A DNA stretch of 63,999 nt, counting the filler, from Globobulimina sp. (taxonomy: Eukaryota): assembly GCA_003354225.1 (NCBI GenBank). It is 13 parts of 13 records of this genome, joined end to end, with 100 filler letters (N's around TTAATTAATTAA, not from the genome) between each part and the next. Parts side by side here need not be neighbours in the genome. Positions count along the whole stretch, not along the records: positions 9,913 to 14,762 come from PIVH01000893.1; positions 14,863 to 19,712 come from PIVH01000894.1; positions 19,813 to 24,661 come from PIVH01000895.1; 10 more parts are not named here. One strand, written 5' to 3'. This document shows, piece by piece, positions 12,025 to 24,761 of the stretch (position 1 is its first letter; each line of letters begins with the position of its first letter). The notes below the pieces were generated by a model. The model saw only the letters and a program-made list of their open reading frames with translations. It was not told where the DNA came from and did no database searches. Made by a program: the position numbers and the translations under genes.

Positions 12025-13110
12025 ATGTCGCTTTGGCACTTTCGTCGTAATTTTAATAATCGTAAAAACGATGAAAATTCGAATTCAAGTTATTCAACGG
12101 ATGAGGTCTGTCATGTTGATCGATTTTACGGATTAATCTGCAATCGGTACTTTTAATAGCAACAGTCCGCATGGAATAGTAACAAATCTTCATCATTGCC
12201 GCACATAAATAAAAGATATTTTGCTCAATCTCAATCGCAATCAAATAGTTCAAATCCATTCGAATCAAAACCACAGATTGGCAGAACACCCATTGTTTTG
12301 GATACAAATATAAATAGGACAAATTATAAAAAGGTCAGCCAATCACCGGCAATGAGATATTTTATCCCCAATACACCAAAGGGACGCGGTTACAGTGAGA
12401 TGCAAGAATCATTTGAAATGATTGAAGCAGAGCCAGGATCAACGGGCATTGCCTGTAAACGCGACCGAAGAAGGCGTAAATCGTCAAACACATTGGCTCA
12501 GCCTGAAGGGACCTATTCACCCATACCAAAATCAAAAATCTTAAGTGAATTAAACCAAAGTATTCAATATGCCAAATCTCAGCAATCTCAGCAATCTCAG
12601 CATCAATCCCCTGTGTCACTGTCGTCATCACTGTCTTCCTCAGCATTGTCATTGTCATCGTCATCGACCTCAGCATCCTCGGAATTATTTTCACCATCAA
12701 TTGAAAAAATTGAAGCAAGTGATAACATTCGAAATGAAATTAGAGCTGTCATTGAAGAAATGGATTATGAAATAAGTAAAGAACTAAATGATAAATACAA
12801 TGATAAGCATTTACTATCACATTCACCGGCAATGTTATCACGTCCACCGGCAACTAATGACAACGACAAATATACCAATCCCAATCTAGCACAGGACACT
12901 GACCAAACAGATATGAAAATAAATAATGAGCCTCTTATTCATCAAGCAAACCAATCCAAACCTGATAATATTGAAAAAAAGAAGAAAACTCATTGTTGTT
13001 CTGTGAATGTGAAAAGGAGTGTGGATATATTATGGAATACTTTACATTTCATTTGGATTATATTTATTTTAGGTTTATATTGCAATATTATTGACTTTCA
13101 ATGGAAATAG
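12025..13110 (+). CDS. Hypothetical Ser/Gln-rich protein with a C-terminal hydrophobic segment
   Basis: Exon 1 MSLWHFRR...STDE; a GT-AG intron near 12106-12159 joins it in frame to ORF 12196-13110. Confidence 0.55.
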
Positions 13111-13244
13111 ACATTGTCCTTTGTTTTTTTTCTTATTTAAAAAATATATTTTCTAAACAAAAAACTCAAGTATCAACTTAACAGTGAATAGTCTGAGCAT
13201 ACCATCTTCGTCTTAGTGATTTTCAACCTTTTTATTCTATTGCT

Positions 13245-14762
13245 ATGGCAGAAGAAGGATGGACAGGTCTTGACCGTTGGATAACATCCAGTCAAAACAG
13301 TACCATCTCCGAGCAAACAGTGCGGTTAACGAATAAAGGCAAATGCTCTGCCTATGGTGAAGCCGTAGTAGGCGCAGGGCGCGCGGAATGGGATTTGACC
13401 ATTGAATTTGAATCATTTGGTGGCATCTCCATTGGTATTTATCGCCAAGATTTGCGTGATAGAGACAATATAAATGCATTGCCCACTGAAGAAACCTTTA
13501 CCTACACACCAAACGGCTATGGCTATGCCAATAAAACCGGCGCCTTCACCTCCAATAGAGACCGAAAGAAATACGGACAAAGATACAGACACGGCGATAA
13601 AATCACTGTGCGATTAGATTTACAATCCCGATCCTTGACATTCTTAATCAACGATGAAACACAAGGTTTGGCCTACGATGGCTTACCGAAAGGCGCGTAC
13701 AGATTGGCGACCTGTATGCAATTCAAAGAGCAGAAAGTCAGCATTCAACGGTTTTGGACCTCATTAGGCAAAGGGGGCACTATACCAAAGCTTGCATCCA
13801 CCAAAACTGTCACTTCTCCCAAAGATAAACGTGGAAAGAAACACGAAACATTCGATGATGAGGAGGATGGTGGTTATAGCAACCAGCAAAATACAGTTAA
13901 ACCCAAGAAAGCGGATAAATTATTTGCCGATTATAAAGAGCCAGTCATTGATCCAGATGCGGATATGTTTGGTGATGCGTATGATTCCGGCAATGATGAT
14001 GTCTATGTTCCTGAAGAGTCTGATGACGAAGAGGAGTTAATAACAATTATATACATATATATATCTTCTCTTTTTCCTTTGTATCTTCCTAAGGGGACAT
14101 GATATGATTTATTATTTGCATAAAAGATATTTTTTAAAACAATAATATAAACACATACTAAATGTAGCAATGCTCCATCTAATCTTCACGCAAAGTCAGG
14201 TTTGTTGTCAGATTGTATCCCGTCACAATAACAACACATTGCTCCGCCGCAAATTCGCATGCTACAGTTGCGTATTCCCGTTTTATTACATATTTTGTTA
14301 TTGTATATTATATTTATTTGTGTTTGAAACTTTGAAAGGATTATTTGGACGACGACGAGAGAAAAATGCTGAGTGATTTAGAAAAACAAAGACCGGGTCA
14401 TTCGGACTCACCGTCTGTTCACGACATAGAAGAAAATATAAATGAACAATATGGGTCAGTCCATATTTACAAACAAAAAAATATAAATCATGTCCCCTCT
14501 TCACTTTATAACTTGACCCTGTTTCCACTCCATTAGAACTAACATATATAACATATATATACAGTCAAAAATTGAGTGATCAGTTGGACGCGATCGAGAA
14601 TATAGGCTCCGAAGAGGAGGAAGAAGAAGAGAACAAGCCACAGACCCTCAGCAGTAGCAATGCCACCGAAGTGGATACCGTTGGATTAATCGGCGGTCGT
14701 TCGCGTGGTTTGAGCAAAGCAGAGAACAAAGCGCCCGAACCATTGATTATAGAGAGTCTGGA
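13245..14762 (+). CDS. SPRY/B30.2-domain protein with acidic tail, multi-exon, 3'-partial
   Basis: YGYAN.TG...KKYGQRYRHGDKITVRLDLQSRSLTFLIN...QGLAY is a typical SPRY pattern. Acidic exons follow at about 14339-14455 and from 14564; the splicing between them is unresolved. Confidence 0.72.
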
Positions 14763-15054
14763 NNNNNNNNNNNNNNNNNNNNNNNNNNNNNNNNNNNNNN
14801 NNNNNNTTAATTAATTAANNNNNNNNNNNNNNNNNNNNNNNNNNNNNNNNNNNNNNNNNNNNTGATTCAATTATCTGAGAAACGCTTTGCAAATCCAGGA
14901 ACGTTTTTTTATAGGCTTGTCTTGGGTTTGCAAATCCAGAACAAAGTCAATTGAACAAAATTCAGCAAAAAGTGCGAACATTAACTTGAAGAACTTTATA
15001 ATTTTCCAAATTAACTCAGAAAACGCAAAAAAAACATGTGAAGTGTTATTCAAT

Positions 15055-16815
15055 TCAAACAATTTGTCTTTGCCTAGCAGTGATTAACGATCTAACCTGC
15101 CACGGTAGCGGCACAGTCTGTGCATATTCCTCATCCACATTCGGTTCCAATACCATCACAAATATATTCGTAGCCACCGTCGACGGCGAGCCTTCTAACA
15201 CCACATCGCTCCCTCGCTCATACACACAATCAATGCATTGCACTTCCGCCCGGATCACTAACTGTGGCTTCTTATTATGCAACTTCGTCTCAATCAGATC
15301 CGCCTCATGAATCCACAAAATATCCGGCGCCAACATCTTATTTTCCTGCAGCCGCTGTTCGATCATATTCTTACAAAACACCTGCGCCTCACCCACACAA
15401 ATCGTGTTCAAAAACTCCAAATCGTCGTTCAAATACGCTCTCACTATCAACGGACACAAACACTCATCAAAGGCCGGCAGGAAGTCTTCCACCCAAAAGT
15501 CGCTGAAGTCGTCCTGGATTATCTGCATCGCCTTGCTAGCCTCGGTCTGCATGTTCAACCTATCGATCATGCCTCGCATCTTCACCAAGTGGTAGTTCTG
15601 CGAGGTGTCGTACATAGAGCTCACAGTCTCGTGCTTGCTCTTCATTTTCTGAGAGTATTCGTGGAAGGTCTCATTGCCAATGATTCGCTCACGAACCGAC
15701 GTGAAGGTTTGCTTTAGTTTCCTCTGCCAATAATGCCAACTGTTTTTCTTATGCTTCTGCTCTGTGACTACCACAGTCGGCAACAATCGGTCCGGATGAA
15801 TGATCAATGCGTTGGGGCTCATCATGGATTTACGCCAAGCTATCTCGTCTGGGCTCGGCGAGCCGACCGTGTAGATGTCATACGTATGTTTGTGTGAATA
15901 CATATTTTCGTCTTCTTGAGCTGCGGAGATTGATTCTTGCACTGAGTTTATCTCGGTGTGCGAGTCTGTGCCTTCTGAGGAACGGACATCCATTCTTTTG
16001 TAGGTTTGCGTGGATGAAGTTGTCGAGTCTTTGGATGCTATATAAAAAAGGTAAAAAGTAAGCGACTGGAGGTTGTTGTGCATCATTGCAAGATGCCATG
16101 GTAGACTGCAAAGTTTTTTTTTTTTTTGGAAAAAATGCGAACATGAAATTTCGAGAAATTATGGCTTGATTTTTGGGAAAGAAATTTCTGGAAATTTCTG
16201 GTCGGACTTTTATTACATACGATCTTGCTGGTCAGTATCCGATCTTTTTTCAGTTTGTTGGGAAAATGTCATCCGAACATCATTGTCGCTGCTCCCTATA
16301 TTGTTATGTTATGATATCGTTACAATTGTGTTTTTGAGGTATTTTTTAACTTATTTGTGTGTTATGGGATACTGTTTTGCGTTGAACAGTTTCTGTTTTG
16401 CCATTGACAGTTTTGGTTTTTGTGTTGGATTGCATTGATTTTGACACTGCTTTCGAATGTATGACGGGATTAAATGGCTGTTCTTCTGCTGTTTTGGTCT
16501 CATTTTCTGTCAATTTGGTTTCTTTCTTTTTTTGTGTTGGTGACGTAAATGACTGTTAACAGTGTATTCATTCAATTGTATTTTGTCTGTTTGTTTGAAT
16601 ATATATAAAAATATGCGTGAATTAACTCCAGTTTTGCGGTCAGTGAAGTTCCGAATAAATGTTCGTGTGGTTGTATTAGTTGAGAGCTTATGAATGGATA
16701 TATGATTGAGACTGAGGTGTTGCAATGATGGTATATGAGACCTATGATATATTAGAGAAATGTTTGGGCGGAGTCTATGTGCTAATTGGTTTGTTTTGGA
16801 CATGATTCGAAGCAT
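15055..16815 (-). CDS. TIM44: Mitochondrial import translocase TIM44-like protein, 4 exons
   Basis: C-terminal domain F..EDFL...IVRAYLNDDLEFL..IC...LVIRAEVQCIDCVY...VVLEG...WQV. Basic, acid-free presequence MLRIMSK...; three in-frame GT-AG introns upstream of the 15055 ORF. Confidence 0.82.
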
Positions 16816-16925
16816 ATTCAATGGTACTTTACTGTTGGAGTTGCCATTGATAAGTGGAGACTGTGGAGTGAAGATAAACTGAAAAACTTTTGATGTCGAA
16901 TTAAATTAAAGCTTTAGCAACGAGA

Positions 16926-18134
16926 ATGTCGTTGGATAAACAAAGGAAAGTGAGTATTCATATCAAAATGAAAGATTTTTTGCTGCAGTGGGATAATGTT
17001 AATCTATTCGCAGTTATCTGATTATGTTATTTTGATATATTTATGTTAGGCATCTAAGAAATTAAGGGCTGTAATCTTGGAAAGATTTGTTAAACACTTT
17101 TCAATCCACTCAAATGATAATAATATTTATCAATTAGATAAAGAATTAGGTGAAATAACACCATTATTTTTCTCTCGAATCATGTCTTCTTTTCAAATAA
17201 AGTTAAGATATTTTAAATTGCTGACATAATAAAAGAAAACTATAAAGTAAATAATAACGACAGTTACATGAAAACAAATGTAATTCCTGATCATATTGAA
17301 TGTATTTTAATCTATTTAAAATCTCAAAATTGTAAACAATATACGGAAAGATTTATTAATTCCGGTGGAATAAAATTAATTATAAATATTCTACAAAACC
17401 AGAAACAGAATTGTTCAAAAAATAATTTCCAACAGAATTGCTTGTCAATAATTAAACTTGTTATGAAATCAAATTGTAATTTCAAAGAAATCATTTGTAT
17501 GAACGGTTGTGTTGAATTATTATTAAATATTATTACTAAAAGAAATATTGATAATGATTTATTATACTGTTTATACGATATATTAAAGCAACTATGTATA
17601 CGCAATTATGTATACACTCCATCAATCCATCAAGCAATTATCCATTGTATACAACACAATTCACACAACTACGAAGCTACTAAAACCTTATTAAAAGTCT
17701 TACAATCAACAATAACCTTTGCTGACGATATTAGTATAATTGACGAAAGTACATCGGATGTTATGTGTTCTTCTGAAAACGTTTTGAATCGAAATAATAT
17801 ATGCACAATCATACGATTGTTGGAACTGAAAAACTATCAAATCATCCATGAATGTTGAGTAAAATGGGTATAATTGTTTTTTATATTATAAATGTTTTTT
17901 TTTTCAATTATAATAGTACAGAATCTCTGCAGTGTGATATTAAGATCTCGCAAAGTACAAACTGTATTATTGCAAAGTTTAATTGATTTGATGAGTGAAT
18001 CAAGCGAAGAGAGTAAGAAAGAATACGTTGAATTCATACAAAACGTAATAAATCGGAATATGGATCTTTTGAGTGTTGAGTCAACACAAATGTTAATGCA
18101 AAATAAATTAATTAAAAATTGTAAAAGTATTTAA
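16926..18134 (+). CDS. ARMH1: Armadillo-like helical domain protein 1 homologue, multi-exon
   Basis: Spliced N-terminus KDFLLQWDNASKKLRAVILERF...QLDKEL....LFFSRIMSSFQINYM...FINSGGI..II.IL...FKEIIC resembles ARMH1 (FLQEWDNAGK..R..IL..F). Confidence 0.72.
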
Positions 18135-18246
18135 TTATATAATTGCAGCTGCGAATATTTTTTATATTTTTTTTGTGAGCGATTATGAGTATATTGTTAG
18201 TATGGAGTTGTAAATTCTTTTTGATTTTATAATCCTTATTGTATCA

Positions 18247-18960
18247 ATGTTCGACAACAAAAAATCTCTAACCATTTTGATTGGTGTTCAAATTCTCATT
18301 TCTATACTTTTGATAGTCAGCTATGGATTTGTGCAGCCTGAATGTGATGAGCCATTGCGATATTGGTTGGGATCATTTTGTATTATTATAGCTGTGAAGA
18401 CTGCATTCAAAGTAAAAATAATGAGATGGACTATTTGTAATCATTTATTGCCTTACTTAACGATTATTTGGTGTGTTATGGGCTATGTTATGTTATTAGA
18501 ATGTAAAGCATGCAATGATTGTAATAGGAACATTCATAGACTGTGCAGTTGGTGCCGATTTATGATTCATTCCATTTTAATATATCATTTTATTCCAACA
18601 TCCACATCGATTATAATTTTATTATTTGTTTATGTATTAATTCTTTTAAGTGCATTTGGTACAGTAACTCCAGTTCTTGATTGGTTGTGTCTTAATATTG
18701 ATCCAGACATATCAGAATTTATACAGCAAGATGAGTTAACAATGGATCCGGATGAATATTTGTCAGAATTACCGATTATAAAGTTTAATAGAAATAAATC
18801 AGTTGATAATGAATGTGGAATATGTTTAGCTAAATATAAAACGAGTGAGAAGTTAAGATTATTGCCATGTTTGCATAGGTTTCATTCAGAATGTGTAGAT
18901 TCATGGATAGTGAATACTAATCACTGTCCAATGTGTAGAATGAAAGTGTTGTGTTCATGA
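18247..18960 (+). CDS. Transmembrane RING-H2 E3 ubiquitin ligase
   Basis: CGICLAKY...LRLLPCLHRFHSECVDSWI...HCPMCR; N-terminal TM helices with CDEPLRYWL. Confidence 0.9.
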   Translation: MFDNKKSLTILIGVQILISILLIVSYGFVQPECDEPLRYWLGSFCIIIAVKTAFKVKIMRWTICNHLLPYLTIIWCVMGYVMLLECKACNDCNRNIHRLCSWCRFMIHSILIYHFIPTSTSIIILLFVYVLILLSAFGTVTPVLDWLCLNIDPDISEFIQQDELTMDPDEYLSELPIIKFNRNKSVDNECGICLAKYKTSEKLRLLPCLHRFHSECVDSWIVNTNHCPMCRMKVLCS

Positions 18961-19008
18961 TTTTATTTATATAGAATTAAAGTTTTTCTTTACACAATTA
19001 ATTCAACT

Positions 19009-19477
19009 ATGACCTCGTCGCTTAGCTCAGTATTTCTTGTTTTGTTGACCTTTTATCATGTATCATATAGTGAGATAATTGATTGTCCATTTGAAACATT
19101 TGCAGCAAACTGTAGTTGTAGTCCCACAATATCAGCAGAACCATGTACTTTGAAGTTTAGTTCTTATTTGCTTGCAATATAACATCACAATAATTTCTGT
19201 ATTTAATGTTAGTTGTATTGGTGCTAACAAACAGTGCAGGAATGACATTCTAAGATGTAGAGATAACGACGATTGCACAATTAATTGTGAAGCACAACGT
19301 GGCTGCCAAATAGCTAACCTCATATGTCCAGCAAATGCTAATTGCATTCTTAATTGCAAGGCACGTGTTAATTCGGTTTGTGATCGTATGGTTGTGGATG
19401 TAACTAATACAACAAGTTATCAGTGCACAGGAAATTGTCCTATTTTACCAACTCTATCCTTTCTTTCTAATAGATAG
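19009..19477 (+). CDS. Secreted Cys-rich repeat protein, apparently truncated
   Basis: Signal-like N-terminus, intron near 19155-19212, repeated C-x-I-N-C units. Ends abruptly after CPILPT, where a compositionally different repeat begins. Confidence 0.6.
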
Positions 19478-19497
19478 TATTGATAGCTTAACACAAT

Positions 19498-19712
19498 AGC
19501 GTACACAAGGTCCACCAGGTTGGTGTGTATATAGGGTCTCCCCCAGGTGGCGCCACCTGTCATATTTGAGATTTTACGGCCGTTTTAGGTTTGGAGTCAC
19601 ACTTTGCGCCAAACGCTATTTCTCCCAAACTATTCAAGGGATCTAACTCAAATTCACACACAATGCTTCTATGGACCCTGCCATTACAGGGTGTCTGTCA
19701 GGTGGCGCCACC
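19498..19712. repeat. GC-richer repeat fragment with the palindrome CAGGTGGCGCCACCTG recurring 155 bp apart
   Basis: 16-bp palindrome at 19544-19559 and a second copy at 19699-19712 cut by the contig end. Additional short inverted repeats: ACCCTG..CAGGGT and TACACA..TGTGTA. Confidence 0.6.
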
Positions 19713-19812
19713 NNNNNNNNNNNNNNNNNNNNNNNNNNNNNNNNNNNNNNNNNNNNTTAATTAATTAANNNNNNNNNNNNNNNNNNNNNNNNNNNNNNNN
19801 NNNNNNNNNNNN

Positions 19813-20463
19813 AAAACTGCATTCGAATCAAATATGAATAATGGATTGAATGAAGAAAGGAACAGCGATGGAATGAGGAGAAGGAATTTATTGAATCAAG
19901 AACATAATTTTGAGGTTATTTCTGTTGAAGTCATAGATGCGTACAATTATAATATGTCAAGCACAGAATATGAAGATGATGATTCGCAAACAGCTGTTAA
20001 TAGTGATAGCTCTGCGACAACCACCATTACTTTGGTCATTGTTGTTATTTGTTTGTTACTTTTGACTGCAATGATAGGCGTTGTTTATTATTGTAAAAAA
20101 TCAAAGGATAAAGATATTATAAAGGAAAGCTATGCGAATGAGGAAGAAGGGGAAATTAATGCGCAAATTGAAATGAATCAAATGCATGTTATTCATGATG
20201 AAACATTGCAACATAGAGAGGAAATCGAAGGAGGTGATTTAAACGGTATTACTGACCATGGGAATAAAGATAATGATGATGAGATTGTGGCGATAATCAA
20301 TGAAACGGATATCGATATTAATCAGAATGGAATCAATGATGATGATGTAGTTAATATCATCAATCAAACAGAGAATGGAGATGATGATTTGATTGAGGCA
20401 GTAAACAAAACCCATATTCCGAATCAAGGTGAAGTATTAATATTAAATAAACAGTGTACATAG
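19813..20463 (+). CDS. Type I membrane protein, C-terminal part with acidic repeat tail (5'-partial)
   Basis: Single TM ITLVIVVICLLLLTAMIGVVYYC followed by KKSK. The tail has three DD-x-phi-phi-xx-phi-N-x-T repeats. Confidence 0.65.
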   Translation, partial: KTAFESNMNNGLNEERNSDGMRRRNLLNQEHNFEVISVEVIDAYNYNMSSTEYEDDDSQTAVNSDSSATTTITLVIVVICLLLLTAMIGVVYYCKKSKDKDIIKESYANEEEGEINAQIEMNQMHVIHDETLQHREEIEGGDLNGITDHGNKDNDDEIVAIINETDIDINQNGINDDDVVNIINQTENGDDDLIEAVNKTHIPNQGEVLILNKQCT

Positions 20464-20704
20464 TTGTCATATTTTTAAATAAGTGTTGCATTTTTAAATA
20501 GTTGTCATTTTTTTGTGTTGTATTTTGCGTCAAGATTCTGAAAAAATAAAAGTTCAATAACTTGAAACAGATTGAATTAATATCAACAAGTGCTTTAACA
20601 TTAGCTGCTGTGGACAAAAGAACAGTGAATGTAAAGTTAAAAATGCAGAGTGGAACATGTATAAAGCTAAAAACAGTTTCAACAATTCATCTCAATTCAT
20701 CTCG

Positions 20705-21770
20705 TCATTTTAACGTGTCATGATTATAATTGTCTTCATCTGTGTCACCATAGATAATAAATTCATCATCCATTAAAATTGCATTATCATTGGCGTCACT
20801 ATTAACATGTATATTGGATCCATTTTTAGCGCCTTCCTTTTGTCCTTCATCATCACCAATAACGTCTAAATCAATGGTATTGTTAACAACAGCAATAATA
20901 TCATCATCATTTTGCATGTTATGCGTTTGGTTAATCTCTGTCACTATTTCATGATCAGTAATATCCATAACATCTGAATCAAGATTGGTTTCATAGTTTC
21001 GAACCTGTGCTTCTATCCAACTTTTCCTTTTCTTGAGTAACAAAAATATGAATAACAATATACAACAAAATATAAACACTGCAACATAAATAATCCAGTT
21101 GTTATTGTTGTTATCATTCCCATTCCAACTGTCTTTCTCTTGAGACTCTCCCTGTCCATCAATTAAATCATCAGTAACTTTAGCCGAATTAAATTCGGTT
21201 GCTGAAAATGTTGGTTCATTCGTTGTTGGATACAATGTTGGTCCACGTGTTGGTGAATAAGTGGTAGGACTTGTTGTCGGTGCGTCGGTGGGAGGAAGTG
21301 GACATGTACTCGCAGCCGCTATTGTTATTCCCTCCTCACAGCCACATGCATTCAATAATTCTGCATCAAATGAACAGCCATCAGACGTGGAACCCGGAGG
21401 TTTACAAATTGCATCTGTTAAAGGTGCTGATTGACATTTACCTGCGTCGGTATAATCGAATTGTGTACCTACACCTTGACAGTTAGTCACTGTGGTCCAC
21501 CAGGCCCATCTGGCATCACCATTTACACATTCATAAATACGGTTTCCTGCAATACTCCAATTCGCCTTATATGTGTGTTTACAAACTCCATCTTTATACG
21601 AAATAAATAGATAATGTATGTAATGTGACACTTATTGAGACTATACCTAAAAGTCGAACAAATATGCTCTCACTGCCGTGGTCTTTCCAAGTTCCAATAT
21701 GCGAATATAAACATTGAGTACTGTATCCAATGGGTATTGCGGTTGTAACGATACAAAACAATGTAAACAT
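20705..21770 (-). CDS. Type I membrane protein: Cys-rich ectodomain, PT stalk, TM, acidic tail; 2 exons
   Basis: Exon 1 MFTLFCIVTTAIP..., intron near 21593-21646; PPTDAPTTSPT stalk; TM WIIYVAVFIFCCILLFIFLLL followed by KKRK. Confidence 0.7.
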
Positions 21771-21851
21771 GATTACCGGGTTTATTCGGATGTATGTGGT
21801 TTATGAAATGTGGTTGAAAGCAAAGAGATTTTGTAACTAATAATCCAGAAA

Positions 21852-22769
21852 ATGTTTTCTTTGAAGCGGATTGGCTTAATAGCAACAAGTGCTGTAACAG
21901 TATCTGCTTGGTATGCATATTGGAGAAAATCACGGGTTGTGTCGCCAGATTCATTAATTCCGGATGAAAATAGAAAAGAAGTAATCCCTCCGCAAGAATT
22001 AAGTGCATGGTTTTATGGTTGGTGGGAAGAATATTTTGCACAAAATTATATGGCCGATTTATACTCATATTTAATGTATCAAACATTTAAAATCGCAGAA
22101 ATAAAAGAGATGAAAGAAAAGAATGGTTTAAAAATAATTGATGTAGGATGTGGTACTGGATGTTTATCATTTAAATTTATTGAAAAATATAATGAAAATA
22201 TCAATGAAATTTATGGGATTGATTTAGCGCCGGAATCGATTAAAATTGCAAATGAAAAATTGAAAAAATCAAAACATGAAAATGTAAATAATAAATTAAC
22301 ATTTGTTTGCAAAGACGCTACGATTTTATCAGACATTGAAGAGAATCATTTTGACGTTGGATATTGCAGTTTGGTGCTACATGACATGCCGCATCGTGTA
22401 CCAATGAATATATTATGTGAATTATCTCGAGTTTGTAAATACGTTGTTGTGTTGGATTGGAATGCACCGTTTCCATGGAATTTGGCTGGAATAAGAAACC
22501 GAAGAATTGAATTTATGGTTGGACCAGTTAAGTTTTCTAAATTTCTATCTTTGACTTTTATGAAATGCTATAAAACAAATAAATACAAAAAGACACATTT
22601 TGCGGGATTCCGTCAGTTTATTGCTTTAGGCGGAACAGCTGCTCATGTAAAGGCATTACAAAAATATAGAAACGGAATAAAAATTATAACTTCAAAAAAG
22701 GTGGATAGTGCCACAATGGAATTATTCATTTTGAATACAAGCAACGCACAGAGACCCTCAAAATTATAA
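21852..22769 (+). CDS. Class I SAM-dependent methyltransferase with C-terminal SKL
   Basis: Motifs IIDVGCGTG, IYGIDLA, FDVGYCSLVLHDMP. Probable in-frame 66-nt intron at 22527-22592 (GTTAAG...AAG). Ends PSKL. Confidence 0.85.
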   Translation: MFSLKRIGLIATSAVTVSAWYAYWRKSRVVSPDSLIPDENRKEVIPPQELSAWFYGWWEEYFAQNYMADLYSYLMYQTFKIAEIKEMKEKNGLKIIDVGCGTGCLSFKFIEKYNENINEIYGIDLAPESIKIANEKLKKSKHENVNNKLTFVCKDATILSDIEENHFDVGYCSLVLHDMPHRVPMNILCELSRVCKYVVVLDWNAPFPWNLAGIRNRRIEFMVGPVKFSKFLSLTFMKCYKTNKYKKTHFAGFRQFIALGGTAAHVKALQKYRNGIKIITSKKVDSATMELFILNTSNAQRPSKL

Positions 22770-22950
22770 TTAATCTTTTTGATCCTATTTCGTTTCTGTT
22801 TGAATCTGTTAACTAAATAAATAAACTTTGTGAGCTGAACTAAATAAATAAACAACGAAACAAAACAAATACACAAAACAAAAGTTTTTAGTCAAACATT
22901 ACATTAACGTCAGCAAAAAAGATGCATATAATAGTAATTTATAAATTATA

Positions 22951-24621
22951 TTACAAAGGATTAGCAGTATTAGTTTCAGTTTCTTCTGTAATCTGAGCCA
23001 TAGGCGATAACACCGTATCGATACATTTCTCCTCTTCAACATCGCAGTCGTTAACCAATAACCTTTCATATGACGCATATGATGTCATATTGACAGCAGA
23101 TCCGCCATGTTCATATAAATCAATACCACTTCTTTCATATTCCTCGTCCACTCTTAATATTTTTAAGAATTTTAAAATAGCAAATAACACACCAGCATTC
23201 ACAATGGTCCATGTCGCAACAGATAATATTAATACTATTTGTGTCGCAAATCTCTGTGAATGCGACGTATCCTTCCATAATAACTCCGGATACAATGAAA
23301 ACTTTACATTTTCATCAGTACCAAATATTCCCGCTGCCAACACTCCCCACATTCCACCACAGCCATGAACAGCAAATGCATCCAATGGATCATCAATTTC
23401 AACCTTTTCTAATAAATTGGACGCCAAATAATATAGCAAAGCACCAACAAAGCCAATCAGAATAGCAAAACCTGGCGATACCACTGAACAGCTCGCATTA
23501 ATGGACACCAACGCTGCTAAAATACCGTTACATACTCTTGGAATATGCCATTTTTTCTGAAAGACACGTGCTAAAAAACAAGAACATAATCCACCAGTCG
23601 CAGCAGATAAAGTAGTGGTAACTGCAACTTTCGAGGCTAAGTGCATGGCGCCATTTGCTGCCAATGTCGAACCACAATTGAAACCATACCAACAAAACCA
23701 TAAAATTAGTGTCCCCAATACTATAATAAGCTAAATAATATAATATAAAATATAATTAATAGATTGATACCTTGATACGGCACATTATGGCCAAATTCAA
23801 AGGTATGCATTAATGTGTCGTGGTAGCGGGAAGCCGTCGCAGATTCTGATTTGTCAAACCTTCGGAAGCGAGGACCCAGCCAATACGCACCCATTAAGCC
23901 CGAAAAGCCTCCGACCATATGAACCACTGCAGATCCCGCAAAGTCAATGGCGCCGCCATACAGTGCCGGCTTGGGGTTAAATGCCGAAATCCAACCCGTT
24001 GCGCTCCACGTCCAATGTACTATAACTGGGTATATCCACGACGAGATTACGACGGTATAAATAAAATAGGACTCAACACCACATCTTTCAGCCACTGCGC
24101 CGGACACAATGGTACCAGCAGTCGCTGCAAATGCCCATTGGAAAAACCATGAATTAAAATCTGACGATTCAAGCAAGATATCTTCGACACCAATGAAGCC
24201 ATTTGCATTGTCACTGTCTGCTGCTCCATAAGCCACACAATAACCAAATATATAAAATACAATGGATCCGATACATGCATCCATTATATTTTTAAATAAG
24301 ATATTTTGGACATTGCCCGATTTCACGGTGCCTGCTTCCAACAATGTGAATCCTAACTGCATGAAAAATACCAATGCGCCACATAATAATACCCATAGCT
24401 AAAAAAATAAAGTAATGTACGTAGACAGTAAAGCGCAGAAACACATTACATACCATGTCCATATCGGATGCCATGCCAAAAGCGGACCAAAATGTTGAAT
24501 TTAGTTCAGAATCGATCTCAGAATATGATATTATGCCTGATCTGTTTAGATTTTCTGTTTCCACGCAAATTAAATCATAAACTGTTGGAGTTTCAATGTT
24601 TAGCCCGTAAAAACATGTCAT
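22951..24621 (-). CDS. AMT: Ammonium transporter (Amt family), 3 exons
   Basis: LVFFMQLGF.LLEAG, FFQWAFAA...IVSGAVAER, DFAGSAVVHMVGG, ILWFCWYGFNCGS and IDDPLDAFAVHG.GG.WG; both pore His residues present; introns join in frame. Confidence 0.95.
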
Positions 24622-24761
24622 TGTTTGTTTGCGAATGGAAACTAAATCTAATTTGCCTGCCNNNNNNNNNNNNNNNNNNNNNNNNNNNNNNNNNNNNNNN
24701 NNNNNTTAATTAATTAANNNNNNNNNNNNNNNNNNNNNNNNNNNNNNNNNNNNNNNNNNNN

